Part shown: positions 47,401 through 58,175 of the stretch, piece by piece
How the letters are laid out: the number at the start of each line of letters is the position of its first letter
How positions within the stretch are numbered: the first letter of the stretch is position 1
Source of the DNA: Minutocellus sp. GHC0000111
Taxonomy: Eukaryota
Direction: 5' to 3'
Assembly: GCA_977018835.1 (NCBI GenBank)
Contig: OZ361261.1
Coordinates: 1,240,001-1,304,000, forward strand
DNA length: 64,000 bases
Translations under genes and position numbers: made by a program
The notes under the pieces: generated by a model
Databases searched by the model: none
Seen by the model: only the letters and a program-made list of their open reading frames with translations
Told to the model about the DNA's origin: nothing

Positions 47401-48083
47401 GTACCCAGTACCCCACCGGCGGCGTTGCCGGTACTGCCAAGGGTATTGCCGGTGGCGGTGCTAAAGGCTGGCGAGGCGCCGGGGACCAGACCCCCGCCGT
47501 ACGTCGGAGCGCCAGCGCCTCCACCGCCAGCGCCACCGTAAGACCGTCTGGCGGAGGCAGCGCCCCCAGTTGCGCCGGCAGCCATCATGGAGGAGGACGG
47601 TCCGTCCGACAGGAAGGATGCTCCGACCCCACCTCCTCCCGCCCCGCCTCCAGCTGTGCCTGCACCTGCCATGGAAGACGCACCGCCGCCGCCCATACCA
47701 GCAGCGCCAGTCGCGGCACCCCCGGCCGACTCGTAGCTCAATCGACCGCCCCGCCCGGCGCCAGCGACGGTGCCCGGTGCGCCGATGGAGGCCGCCGCCG
47801 CGTCGGCGTAGGCACTGGGACTGGTCAGACCGGCACCGGCAGACGCACCATTTGCTCCTCCTGCGATGCTCGCGAGCGAGTCGGCGGCTCCAGCAGTACT
47901 AATACCAGCGGTGACCCCGTCGGGATCCGAGGCAAGCCCACCGCCGCCGGGTGTTGGGGCCGCGGCCGAGGGGAGACCGCCGCCGGCTGCTGCTGCGCTG
48001 TTGCCAGCACCGGAGGCACCGCCCCCGCCTCGCGAGGAGCGGCGGGGAGCTGTCCGGCGGCGGTACGGCGATCGGCCGGCCAT
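44442..48083 (-). CDS. CDC16: Anaphase-promoting complex subunit 6 (TPR protein) with long Gly/Ala-rich N-terminal extension
   Basis: SWYAVGSYY, WIAFGCSFA..DESDQALASYRAASRL.PG.HYPLLYMGMEY, WEPTIFNLGQSYRK. Confidence 0.92.
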   Translation of the reverse strand: MAGRSPYRRRTAPRRSSRGGGGASGAGNSAAAAGGGLPSAAAPTPGGGGLASDPDGVTAGISTAGAADSLASIAGGANGASAGAGLTSPSAYADAAAASIGAPGTVAGAGRGGRLSYESAGGAATGAAGMGGGGASSMAGAGTAGGGAGGGGVGASFLSDGPSSSMMAAGATGGAASARRSYGGAGGGGAGAPTYGGGLVPGASPAFSTATGNTLGSTGNAAGGVLGTAIPNANASIGRGVGGAGTSTSVPNGSHHHDLSYSSYSTAHDGTTAHDGGGFSAVAIASGQDATSTHHLRTLLLSTLQHVIPPSPLNCPTASSVTNAVFFGSLLYARTKHVGDAYLYARALALNGEGKRAVWMLEGAGLLGHPRPTVTPDDGDNGSGGGNGIDHKASASSSPALRVEAALLAAECMIAAGEWDDALNVMEVVSCYPPPGHRQASQQQQQQSSSSSATSGDGNGTGGGNGQGKDAEEVDYFGLDAHLVFHQIEDGDDARLDLLADLIRPPAGSVGDDVPPALINAVHPISRLAVLLGIVHDEFGNPTRSATFLRAALRIDPRNVQALDHCLHRRIMDKDQERSMILNLSFDGVPGGEFLRDVYLAKLGFAPADAAIVGYEPNENDVAANGDCDGQNDKMDQDQDETVQPATNGNKDTTLSSPNVILQQQTPNLTFMGGHAMDESSIQLEESQMMSPAQLKAVEEQGEDDRKPAAAANTPAADARVPLTPSDEINRSLVRLTSHPDLSSSSEILSLAAIHAYAKYDLPLTLSYCQLLEKADPYCQNAAYVHISALASLGYKRPLFQLAHRLVDSSPKAAKSWYAVGSYYYACGRYDLAQRHFCRAARLDPRSSECWIAFGCSFAACDESDQALASYRAASRLNPGDHYPLLYMGMEYVRTNHLSLASHFLKSAWRVSGNTDPLVRSEMGVLHYRKGEWDDAVTCFVHAVRLVAEMTLDREGEGDETGVGSSTLMNTGANEMEVDNDAENTPHGRGRPSIGNPPMTSVRFAKDAAAADVSTFSHHAPCSHNAPHHPRSKSKSKLSDIECIQLCRDAYWEPTIFNLGQSYRKICMFDEAAACFEKSLSICPGKASSYSALGFTRHLNGDLDGAIEAYHQSLSRKPDDPFCSEMLMRALNESLHYPQSNPIFDDEVDASQDESFLSAAGNGSASGFALSPRGRASSAAASASFLSGHYSESRMSASASNFTFDSGTDVEMG

Positions 48084-48521
48084 TGTTGGTGTCTCTTTCT
48101 CTCAGTAAGATACCCCACCGAAACGAGCACCGAATAGAAGGACAAGGGGGGCGCGTTTGGGCTGTGTATCTTCCGGCCGGTGGCAAGCTCCCCCTTCGTA
48201 TTCCCTCAATCCGCACTTATTGGCCAAAAGTTTGGTTTTGGAATTGGTGCGTATCTTCCACGACGGTCTTTTGTACTGGCAAACAAAGCTTGGTGATTCC
48301 ATTCAATTAATCTGTTCGGCCTTGCGATATATTGCGTTAAACGAGGAGGGATGGGGTGTGGCGCTCCCGATGGCTTGGTCGAGGATGCCAACTGCGCAGC
48401 CAGGCAGATAAGATACAACGGCCCTCTCTCGCTCTCTCGTTTCGTCCGTCATTTTTGAGCACATCATGTGCTGCAATCTGGAACGGGCGAGGGACGGACG
48501 AAAAAACTGCTCTCCTACTCC

Positions 48522-51124
48522 CACAGCCAACCGGATGACTCGCATACTTTTGGTCGCACTTTCGGTGGCCGGCCGGCGCGCGAAGCAACCGACCGGCGCG
48601 CCCAACGCGAGCCACCATGGCGGCAAAAATTCAAATTGCCGCCGCTACGTGCAGAACGAAGGCGATATCTCGCGCTGGTGTGGGAGAATTACGGCACGAG
48701 ACCAACCAGGTGCTCCCGACATCCTGGTGATATTCCCGTTGGTCTCGATCCACAGTTCTCCATGAGCAAAAAAAATAACCGCCGCAATCCCGCGGTCAAC
48801 ACCGCAGACAGAGTTGCGGTGCAGGACGCCCTGGCTGAACTGCTCGTCCGTCTTCGCAGAAAGGAACTTCATTACTACAATTTCATCGGCAACAACAACG
48901 ACTCCTTGATGAATGTGTTGGGATGCAGTCCCATCATGTACGGCGCCGTCATGTGCACTGCGGGCATCTTGGGTTTGAAGAAGAAGAAACACGAAGACTG
49001 CGATGTGTTTTTTGTGAGGACAGACAACCAGAGTGGATGGGATGAAATGGCATCAAGACACTGCCTTGCCGACGACGTTCAGCGAACCCCATACAAAAGA
49101 GCATGTTTGTTCGCCTCGGTTCTATCAATCCTCGTGCAGCCGACGCTCTCCATGATGATGGATGGATGGCTTTCGACATGGTCACGGTCGAGCAACAATT
49201 TCGCCTCGAAACACCGCCGCCGCGGCTCAATTTGACGAAGGCATGTAATGCATTCCTCAAGTCGGTCGCACCACATATATCGGTGGGATATGCGGCGATG
49301 GACTACGAAATCAACAGGCAGATGTTGCTCGAGGCCCAGAAGTTCCCTGGTGGGTGTGATGGCCAGGAGGACGATGGGTGGGACAATGACGACGATGTTG
49401 GGACGGTGGGCACCCTGACCACGACGGAGGCCGGCGAGATCAGTGAGGACGATGACGACGAAGACGAGGACTATGTGCCCTGTTATGAGGACGAAGCTGA
49501 TATTGCAAGAGAGGACGCTACACATGAAGCATGCATGCAGCAGCAGCAGCACTTTGAGAAGAGTCGTCAGAAGCACGGTGATGGCGAGCCAGAGATGGGA
49601 GCTGTCGATGATGCCGAGGATGACGATGCCCCTCACTTCCATTTCCTGAAAAAGGCCGGCATTGAGGCGGCCGACTCAGGTAAAATAAGGGCAGTGCTGG
49701 CAGAATGCTGGAGAGCTTTATCTGTTAACATTTCTGATGTGGCAACAACAAGAAGAAACCAAGGACAACAGAGTTCATCCACCATAACACCTCCACCAAA
49801 GGAACTCTCCTAGAGCACAATCGCGAGGAAGATGGCATGACGGATGACGACATCAAAGAGCTCTGCAAAGCTTGCTCTAATTTGCTCCACACTCTTGACG
49901 CAACATGTTCCAGGTTTCTGAAATGGTGCATGAAATGGGATGATGAGGCAAAGAAGGCTGTGAGAGAGCTTGAAGCATTGATTGCAAGTGCCCTCAAGCA
50001 AGCACGGGCAATCGGCATTAGCACAACGCCCAAGTGGCACTTACTCGAAGATCACATCTTGGACCAACACATTTGGCTAGTGAAGAATGGATGGGGCGGC
50101 ATCTGTTGGCTCGACGAATCGTTTGTAGAGCGAGCCCACCAAGAGGGCGTTAAGGAAGATCGTCGGACTCAGGGCGTCAAGGGACATGAGGCCCAACAGA
50201 CGGCGCAGTTCAAGGCTGAGGAGAGGGCATCCAATCCAAAGGTCGAGGAGAGGCGGGAGCGAAACTCTCGGGTGGCAAGAACAAGGAAAAGGACAAGGAC
50301 CGAAGCTGTTAAAGCAGAAACTGATGACAAGCGCCAACAAATGATCATGATGGCCACCGATGGAGATGAGGATGTAGAGATGGGAGCAGGGCATGTATAA
50401 AATTAGAAAATGAAATCACACTGCTACCACACAATAACAAATGAGTTGCATGATCATCCAACTTTTACAAACAGTGTCGCGATTGAGCAAAAAAGCAAAC
50501 AGCACACCCAAACAAACACATCACGTCCTTCTTAACTCACCCATTTATCTCCCAGACCAAAAAGTCCCTTTGTCGGGTTGATTGTTGCATAAACTTATCC
50601 CAATGCTATCTGTCTCTCCTCGGGCGCAAAATTGTTGTCGGAATTCCGGGAGGTCGAGTGGGGATGCGATCGGTCGGGATCAGCGAGAGTCGGTCATGCG
50701 GGGGGTGCGGCGCAATCCCGGCAGTTTATCATCAACAACAACGTGGGAAAGTACCAGAGGGTCTGGGGCATCACAACGGGAGCACGACGAGCACAAAGAC
50801 GGAGCAATGGCACCACACCCCAGAGAAACGAACGGCGGACAGATGGAGGAAAAGTAGGCCGATGGTTCGTGGCGTTGATACGCAGCGGAGGCCAATCTGA
50901 GGATACAGTAAGCTTCAACTATATCCAAACATGATAATGAATGCGTATTTGGTACGAAAATATAGTTATACGCCGGCGCAACGCCGACGGACCACCATGG
51001 TGTTGGACGGTCAAAGAATGGGTGACGAACGAGATTGGGTTTTGGTGGGTTTCTTCGTGACGTGTTCGTCTTCTGCCGAAAAACGCTTCATCCGACCGGC
51101 GAAACAAGACGAGATGGGGCTGTG
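48522..51124. mobile_element. Transib/RAG-like (CMC-group) DNA transposon derivative, 2603 bp, CAC...GTG termini, 5-bp TSD ACTCC
   Basis: ACTCC|CACAGCC at 48517-48528 and GGCTGTG|ACTCC at 51118-51129; a transposase remnant lies inside. Confidence 0.8.
48762..50400 (+). pseudogene. Internally deleted, frameshifted Transib/Chapaev/RAG1-type transposase
   Basis: Three successive ORF pieces (frame changes at ~49100 and ~49800). C-terminal TPKWHLLEDH...GGICWLDESFVERAHQ is present; the first two catalytic Asp segments were not found. Confidence 0.75.
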
Positions 51125-51735
51125 ACTCCTGACTACTCCCCTTTTTTGGAGGTGCGAAGAAAACGGGGAAAATCCAAAAGCGTACAGTATTCAGTTTTTT
51201 CGTTAGAAATGCAACCTCCTTCCTCTTGCTTCCTCGAGATGAAAACCACTAGAGGGGGACTACCCGGTTTTATTAGACTTTTGACTTTTATTTATAGTGG
51301 GAAATTAAATACCGATTTTGCAGGAAAACACTTTGATTTTTGGGGCGATTTCGCATATTATTCGGTAAACCGAACCAACGCAACCAGCACCGCGAGCACG
51401 AACAAAACTTGCTTGTTTGCCTTGAACTCGACGTTGCATTGAGCATCTCGTTGCCGCGACTGCTCAAAAGGCAACCCGTGCCAATCTCTTCCCTTTAAGA
51501 AAGGCAACTTCTCTCCTGGCGTGTCTCCATCTTTTAACACTTTTGGGCCGGTCTTTCACCTTGACCCAATCTCTCAGATTCGATTCTGTCGAGAGAATTT
51601 TCACGTGAAGTGCGTGCACCTTGCATCAGAATCTTTGGTGGTGGCATTCTGTCTCTCGGCCAGATCTGCATCTACCTCCACCTGGATTGAAGACCATTCT
51701 TTATACTTAATATTGCCAAACGCTGACGACACACA

Positions 51736-53839
51736 ATGCCAGACTCTACTGGCTCGCCCCAGCAAGAGGAGAAAGATGGCACATCATCGGGCGACAAAGA
51801 TACGAGTACGTCATCGCCGAACAATCAGGCACCAGAACTAGAGGCAAATGCAGAGCAGGGCAGTCCTTCCACGGTCGACATGAGCACCATTGCCAATGAT
51901 GACGATGACGACGATGCAATCAATGGCAACTCAGATAACAGCAATGCCTGCCCATCACCGGAGCGCATCATCCCCGCCCAGCCCACGCAGCCACCCGACA
52001 GTCCCAACCTGGGCGCCAATCCGGACGAGACAGACACGCTCCATTCCATCATGTTCAATCAAGACGGCGGATGTTTGTCGGTGGGTACCGGGCGGGGATT
52101 TCGAGTTTGCAACGTGTGGCCGTTCAATGAGACCTTTCGAAGAGAATTCGGTGCCAACATCCAGCTTGGAGGTGGAGGTGGTGAGGATGGCACCGATGGG
52201 TCGGACGATGCTAATGGCGCCGGGGGCAATGATGGAGGTGGTCAAAATGGAAACGGATCAGGTTTGGACGGGTCAGGCAGTGGAGGAGGGGGCGGCGGAG
52301 TTGGACTGTGCTCAATGCTCTACCGGACCAATCTGCTGGCGCTGACCAGCACGACGCCCCCTCCCATCAATGCGCACAGCCGCGTCACTCATTCGATGCA
52401 TACGGCCCATCACACCGCGCACAATGCCGCGACGGCCGGTCAGTTGGCGCAGGTGACGTCTCCGAGCTTCCCGTCCAACAAGGTGTTGATTTATGATGAT
52501 GCCCTGTCTCGACCGATCGGTGAATTGTCTTTCCGCCATCGAGTTTTATCAGTGAAGCTGCGACGGGATAGGATTGTGGTCATATTGAGGGATCGCATCT
52601 ATGTCTATCGGTTCAGCGATTTGAGTCCGGTAGATTGCGTTGGCACTGGGCGGAATGAGGTAGGACTATGTGCAATTAGCCTGGAGGGTGCCACTGGAAC
52701 AACCGGAGGCGGTACCATGAATGCCGGTGCTGGCGGTGGAAGTGGTGATGGGGATAATGCAGTCATGGTGTTGGCCTGCCCAGGAGTCGTTACCGGCCAA
52801 GTGCGGTTAGAGTTGTATGGTTTGAGAAAGACCTCGGTACGTTCGCGCTATGTGGTCGATGGTATGGTTATATCATTTCTTTATCTTTCCTAATATTCCA
52901 TCAGCTCACCTTCTAACCACGTTTCCTCTTCCCCAATCTATCTTCCAGCTCATCAATGCTCATGAATCACCATTGGCGGCTCTTCAAGTTACAAATGATG
53001 GTACTCTGCTCGTCACAGCAAGCGAACGGGGCACCGTTCTGCGTCTCTTCGAGACTGGCCTCGTAAAGCGCGGCCACGGAGTTGGCGGGTCAAGAGATGC
53101 TACCGAGGACACAACCGGTAAACCGATCCGAGAATTCCGACGCGGAGTGGAGCGTGCGACTGTGACGTGTCTCTCCTTCAGCCTTGACAATTCCTGGGTG
53201 GCTTGTGCCAGCGACCATGGAACCGTCCATGTTTTCCGGTGCTGGGAGAACGAAAACGCGGAAAGCACTCCTGCTTCCTTTGCGTCCTCAAAAAAGAAGA
53301 AATCTACAAATCCAGTAAAGCTTTTGTCCAAGGTGCGTTCAACGACGAAGAAGTATTTCATGTCAGAAGAAGGATCGGTAGCGCATGTTCGCGGAATACC
53401 GCACCCTCATGCATGCGCCTTTGTTCCAGACCGAGAGCGAACGGTTGCAGTCGCAGGAACGGATGAGCTTGGAAATGGATGCCTTCTGGTCGCCGAATTC
53501 GCTACGAAAGGCAGTCTCGACTCGGAGGAGATGATTAGGCAGCAGCTTTTGGACGGTCAGAGTGGAACGGAAGTCAATAAGAGCGGCAAAGTGAGGAGGT
53601 TGGGATATCACCGCTTCTTTCGGAAAACGTCAATTGCCCATCATATTCCAAGCAGCCAAAGAAGACAGCAAATGCAACAAAATGGCCAGAATGGTGCTTA
53701 CTATGACGAATTACGTGTGGGGGATGCCCCGCCCAAAGGCGAGAGCAACATTGATTCGGTTGCCCGGAAACTTGACGACGTCATCTTCAGCGACGAAGGT
53801 GGCGGCGACGATGGTTTTGATCTTGTAGATGTAGCGTGA
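51736..53839 (+). CDS. ATG18: PROPPIN WD40 autophagy protein (ATG18/WIPI family); intron 52837-52948
   Basis: FNQDGGC, MLYRTNLLAL, VKLRRDRIVV, INAHESPL, TASERGTVLRLF and EFRRG phosphoinositide motif. Confidence 0.92.
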
Positions 53840-54012
53840 CAAATTAAGCTCCGTGAAAAATTATAGCATCGACTTGACTTACTTTAGCTACTAGTACCTA
53901 GCTAGTCAACATCAATTGACGAATTCATCCAAAAACTCACAGCTTCTCTGGATTATCTCTTGCAGTAGTCACATAGCCAACCATTAACCTATCGTTTCAT
54001 CTTTACCTGAAA

Positions 54013-57000
54013 CTACGCCTGCTTTACTTTCCTCGGACTCAATCTACTGCTAGAAATGAGTGATGGATTCTTTCGAACAAGCTCCTCGATGAGAGGCCTC
54101 GCATAATCATACCCTCTTTGGACAATTTCGTCGAATTTGTCATATTCGAGTGTGCCGAAGTCTTGAATAGGTGGGCGCAAGTGAAGGTCGGCGACGGTTT
54201 CCATTCGTCGTCTATGCTGATCCGACGAGACCCATCGCAAGGCATCTTGAATGTCACCCATCGAAGGCACATTAACGGTCTTTGAGAAAGGGTTCAATGA
54301 GTTCCAGAGCAACCACCAGCCAGACAAGTAGGTGCCATACTCGTAGTAATCCTTTTGACTCTCGGCTGAGACGTCCACCGAGATCACTGTTCTGGCCCCG
54401 GCCTGCTCTTTCATGACATCGCTGGGTATGACGGACATGTAGCCGCCGTCTGCAAGTAGGGATCCGTTTTCACTAATGGGAGGAAGATATCCGGTTAGTG
54501 ACATGGAAGCCCTCACGTACTTCCACAGAATGCCCTTGGTATGGATCATTAATTCACATCGTTGAATGTCGGTAGAGACACAAAAGAACTTGAGAACGAG
54601 ATCTTGTATTCTCGTTGAGCTTCCGAGGCTTTTCATGATTTGTCGGTTGAATCGATAGCCTGAAAACATGGAAGTTAGAGGCAGAGTTAAGTCCAGTATC
54701 TTCTCAATGGGTGAAGCCATTTGAACAGCCATCTCTCGCGACCGTTTCCTGAGAAGATCAAAATTATCGGGCGATCTTGCGAAGAGAGCACCAATAAAAG
54801 CCCCCTGAGATGTACCGCCGACCATGTCAATAGTTACACCGGCCTCGAGTAAAGCTTTGATCACGCCGAGATGGGCTAGGCCTCTTGCACCCCCACCTCC
54901 AAGAACTAAACCCACAGATAGTCCAGTCATTCGGCGACAAAGGCGCAAAATATCCTTTTCGTGCGTTGAGAATGGTACTCGAACAAGATGATGACCGACA
55001 ATCCAGCTACGCTCCTCCGACCAGTTGTCAAGAGCATCAGACACGGCGATCTCTGGGCTATTTGCGCTTGCAGAGTCCTCTTGCAACATATTTGTGACCG
55101 AGTCCTCAACTACAACCACCTCAATTCGAACATGCATTGACTCATATGCCCATTCAAGACATCGCTCGATTTTGTTTGATGCGGGGGCTTCATCGGCCTT
55201 CACTAGCAGTAGAATTGCATCGGCCTGCCCGATGCAAGTTCTTGTCCACCACGTGTAATTTGCATCGGTCTGAAAGACAACAAGTCTATTCTGCTCTTCA
55301 ACTTCCGCTAGAAATCGAGTCATTTTCAGTTCATGGACTGCGTTCTGGTGATGGTAAACCTTCTCTCCCAGGTGTTTCCGAGCGAGATGCTTTGTTAGAA
55401 GTTTCGTTGGAGCGATTCGTTGAAGAGAGGACGCCATTGCTGTGCAGAATGCAGATGCATCGATATCAGCGGCCATCGGAACAACTGCAATTGTCGCCAA
55501 ACTCAACCCATAGGTAGGCATGATGGACGGCGAAGGCGCCTTGGCACTACTGCCACCCATTCTCAGAGGAGTAACTTTCCTTGGGATATTTCTGCCACCT
55601 CCAAGGATGGGGTCATGTCCAGCACCAAAGCGGGATACTTGAGCAGCTATTACACGTGAAAAGTGAAGCCCGGCGCTGGGGTGGGTCCGTATGAGTGCCT
55701 CAAGGACCTTGATTGGTATACTTGCTGTCTCGCTGTTTCGGATGGCGTAAAGCTTGCAGGGCCAGGCCTTTTTTGTAATGCCGGCAATGTCACCCACGCA
55801 CTTTCCACGGCCGAACTCCTCAACTGCATTGCCACTGTGGGAATGATAGCTTGCTCGAAGGCGGCCATTCAAAATCATTATCATTGAGTCACATGCGTCG
55901 CCCTTCCTTGCAATCACCTCACTCGCTTGAACAAATTCCCACTGGCTCGCCCAATTCACCAAATGCACTGACGGGCTCAGGAGACTGAGAATATGTTCAA
56001 AGCACGAAACCATGGCATTTGAATTTGCAATGATGAGCTCATCAAATACCATCTTTGGGATTCGAAGTAATTTTACCTCCTTGCCGATGGCTTTCGCAGA
56101 AAATATACTCACATCGCCACTAAAACACGCAAGCCTGCCGATGATTGCCCCCGGGCCTACCTTGGTGAATCTTTGGAACGAGGAGGAAGATTCTCTAGGG
56201 ATCTCAGAGCCGATGTCCATCTCGCCATCGAGAATAAAATATAAGGAATGGTGTGGCTCGCCCGTTTTGATGAGAATTTCATCTTTCCCAAGAGTCACAA
56301 GTGTTGCATGTTGTTGCAAAATTGGGACGCACTCCTTTGGCATCTCCAGCTCTTCGGCGGCAACAGCAGTAGCGTCGCGTATGATCGCAGACATGTCAGG
56401 GGTTTTTGTTCCGCCACCCCCCGTTAAACTGGAAGACAATCGGTACCATTCCTTGGATGACATTCGATTGGCCCATGCGGTTGGTGTTTCAAAATCGGCT
56501 CCGCGTCGAAGTAGTTCTTGCGAAATGCCGAGCGTTTTCACAAGAACTTGTAGTGTCACGCGTTGTACGCGTTGCACAATTGTCACTGCAACTCGGTGCA
56601 CGTCGGCCGGAAATGAATCCATTACAACAGAATAACATCTCGCAGGAACTTTGATCAATCGACTGTTTTTGGTTGCAACGGCACTCACACCGCCCGCCAT
56701 TGATAAGACCTGCGGTGCTGCCGGTGCATCGGTATCATCAGCTCTTGCCTGAACTCTTTGGTGCTGAACAAGAGCCTCGAGCATTGCCAATAGCGGTGTA
56801 ACTACAGTACCTGGTCCCGAGGTGAAGCTCAACACTTTTTCTTCATCTGTAGCATCAGCTGCAATGTCTTTTTCGGCTAACGGATAGTCGTGAAAGAAAC
56901 ACTGGATGCTTCCCGCTAGAACAACGAATAGTGAGCCGTCGAATGAACCTCTCTCAAACAACTCTTGGCCGGGCTCCAGATCAATATACTCCGCTTCGCT

Positions 57001-57672
57001 CAAACACAATTTTAGCGCATCTTGCCCCAAATAGCTGAATACCTTGATTTTGGACGCAATCTCTGCGAGGCTGCCATAAGTCGGGCGATCCACTCGAACA
57101 GCTCCAAACTCTTTCCGGCGGTCTTTCACCTGTCTCTCCCTCTCTTCTCTTAATTCCTCCTCCGGCACGTCATCGTCCGGATCAACCTCAAAGTTCATGA
57201 TACTCTCATAGGCTTTCGATCGCTTGACATCGCTCATTAGACGCCGCCATTTCTGTGACCGACGGATACCTTCGGCTGATTTCTTTCCCGGCGATATCTC
57301 ATCGGCCCCTTCAGCATCGTCCTCGTCCAATTCGATCTGATCAATCACTTCTTGACCACCATCGTCTTCATCGTCCGACGAATCGCTTTCGTCATCACCG
57401 GCGGTTTCATCCTGCACCTTGAAACCAACATGCGATCCCTTGGTCTTTTTAACGTGCGCCTGTCGATTGATGATCCAGAGATATAAAATCAACAGCAGAG
57501 CCATGCCATTGAAGAACGATGCGGTCCCGAAGAAGGCAAGACTGAGCCTCCATCCCACCACGTGTTCCTTTGTGATGTTGGGCGTGGCGGATGATTCGTC
57601 GGGATTTTCCACGTCGTAAAATAAAAGACTTTTGATGTACTGAATAACGAGGTCGGAGTTGAAATCGACCAT
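54013..57672 (-). CDS. NTE1: Neuropathy target esterase-like lysophospholipase (cNMP-binding domains + patatin)
   Basis: N-terminal TM, three cNMP-like domains, GGGGARG, GTSQG, RASMS and DGG motifs. Confidence 0.9.
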   Translation of the reverse strand: MVDFNSDLVIQYIKSLLFYDVENPDESSATPNITKEHVVGWRLSLAFFGTASFFNGMALLLILYLWIINRQAHVKKTKGSHVGFKVQDETAGDDESDSSDDEDDGGQEVIDQIELDEDDAEGADEISPGKKSAEGIRRSQKWRRLMSDVKRSKAYESIMNFEVDPDDDVPEEELREERERQVKDRRKEFGAVRVDRPTYGSLAEIASKIKVFSYLGQDALKLCLSEAEYIDLEPGQELFERGSFDGSLFVVLAGSIQCFFHDYPLAEKDIAADATDEEKVLSFTSGPGTVVTPLLAMLEALVQHQRVQARADDTDAPAAPQVLSMAGGVSAVATKNSRLIKVPARCYSVVMDSFPADVHRVAVTIVQRVQRVTLQVLVKTLGISQELLRRGADFETPTAWANRMSSKEWYRLSSSLTGGGGTKTPDMSAIIRDATAVAAEELEMPKECVPILQQHATLVTLGKDEILIKTGEPHHSLYFILDGEMDIGSEIPRESSSSFQRFTKVGPGAIIGRLACFSGDVSIFSAKAIGKEVKLLRIPKMVFDELIIANSNAMVSCFEHILSLLSPSVHLVNWASQWEFVQASEVIARKGDACDSMIMILNGRLRASYHSHSGNAVEEFGRGKCVGDIAGITKKAWPCKLYAIRNSETASIPIKVLEALIRTHPSAGLHFSRVIAAQVSRFGAGHDPILGGGRNIPRKVTPLRMGGSSAKAPSPSIMPTYGLSLATIAVVPMAADIDASAFCTAMASSLQRIAPTKLLTKHLARKHLGEKVYHHQNAVHELKMTRFLAEVEEQNRLVVFQTDANYTWWTRTCIGQADAILLLVKADEAPASNKIERCLEWAYESMHVRIEVVVVEDSVTNMLQEDSASANSPEIAVSDALDNWSEERSWIVGHHLVRVPFSTHEKDILRLCRRMTGLSVGLVLGGGGARGLAHLGVIKALLEAGVTIDMVGGTSQGAFIGALFARSPDNFDLLRKRSREMAVQMASPIEKILDLTLPLTSMFSGYRFNRQIMKSLGSSTRIQDLVLKFFCVSTDIQRCELMIHTKGILWKYVRASMSLTGYLPPISENGSLLADGGYMSVIPSDVMKEQAGARTVISVDVSAESQKDYYEYGTYLSGWWLLWNSLNPFSKTVNVPSMGDIQDALRWVSSDQHRRRMETVADLHLRPPIQDFGTLEYDKFDEIVQRGYDYARPLIEELVRKNPSLISSSRLSPRKVKQA

Positions 57673-57858
57673 TGTTGTTCTGAATTCGCTTCTTGTGGGG
57701 TAAGGCGTATCCGGTCAGCAGCGTCTGGAACACAAGGTGTGTTGCGTACAGAATGGCGAGCCGCGTATCTTACGGCGCGCGTATTTCTACGTACGGCAAT
57801 AGTCGGCGACGTTTTGCCGCACTTCGCCGCGCGCCGCCGCTTGACAGTCACAAAGCAC

Positions 57859-58040
<182 letters not shown>

Positions 58041-58175
58041 TGAGCGGGCGGCTCTTCGCTTCCGCGCACCCGCGACATGTGAGTATGGCAAACAAGGAAG
58101 CTACGATAATTGCCACCCTCCAAGATCAGACCACCCTAGCTACTAGTAGCTAGTTATTCCGCATTCAGTGTCAAG

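Noticed and set aside
32405..48137. Long antisense ORFs (32405-34084, 39860-41428, 46911-48137 and similar)
   Set aside because: Shadows of GC-rich, codon-biased genes on the opposite strand, with no recognisable motifs.
50401..51117. A convergent RAG2-like gene inside the Transib-like element
   Set aside because: Only short ORFs occur (for example 50680-50928, with a few Cys) and no kelch or PHD pattern is visible. It is worth rechecking in full-length copies but is unsupported here.
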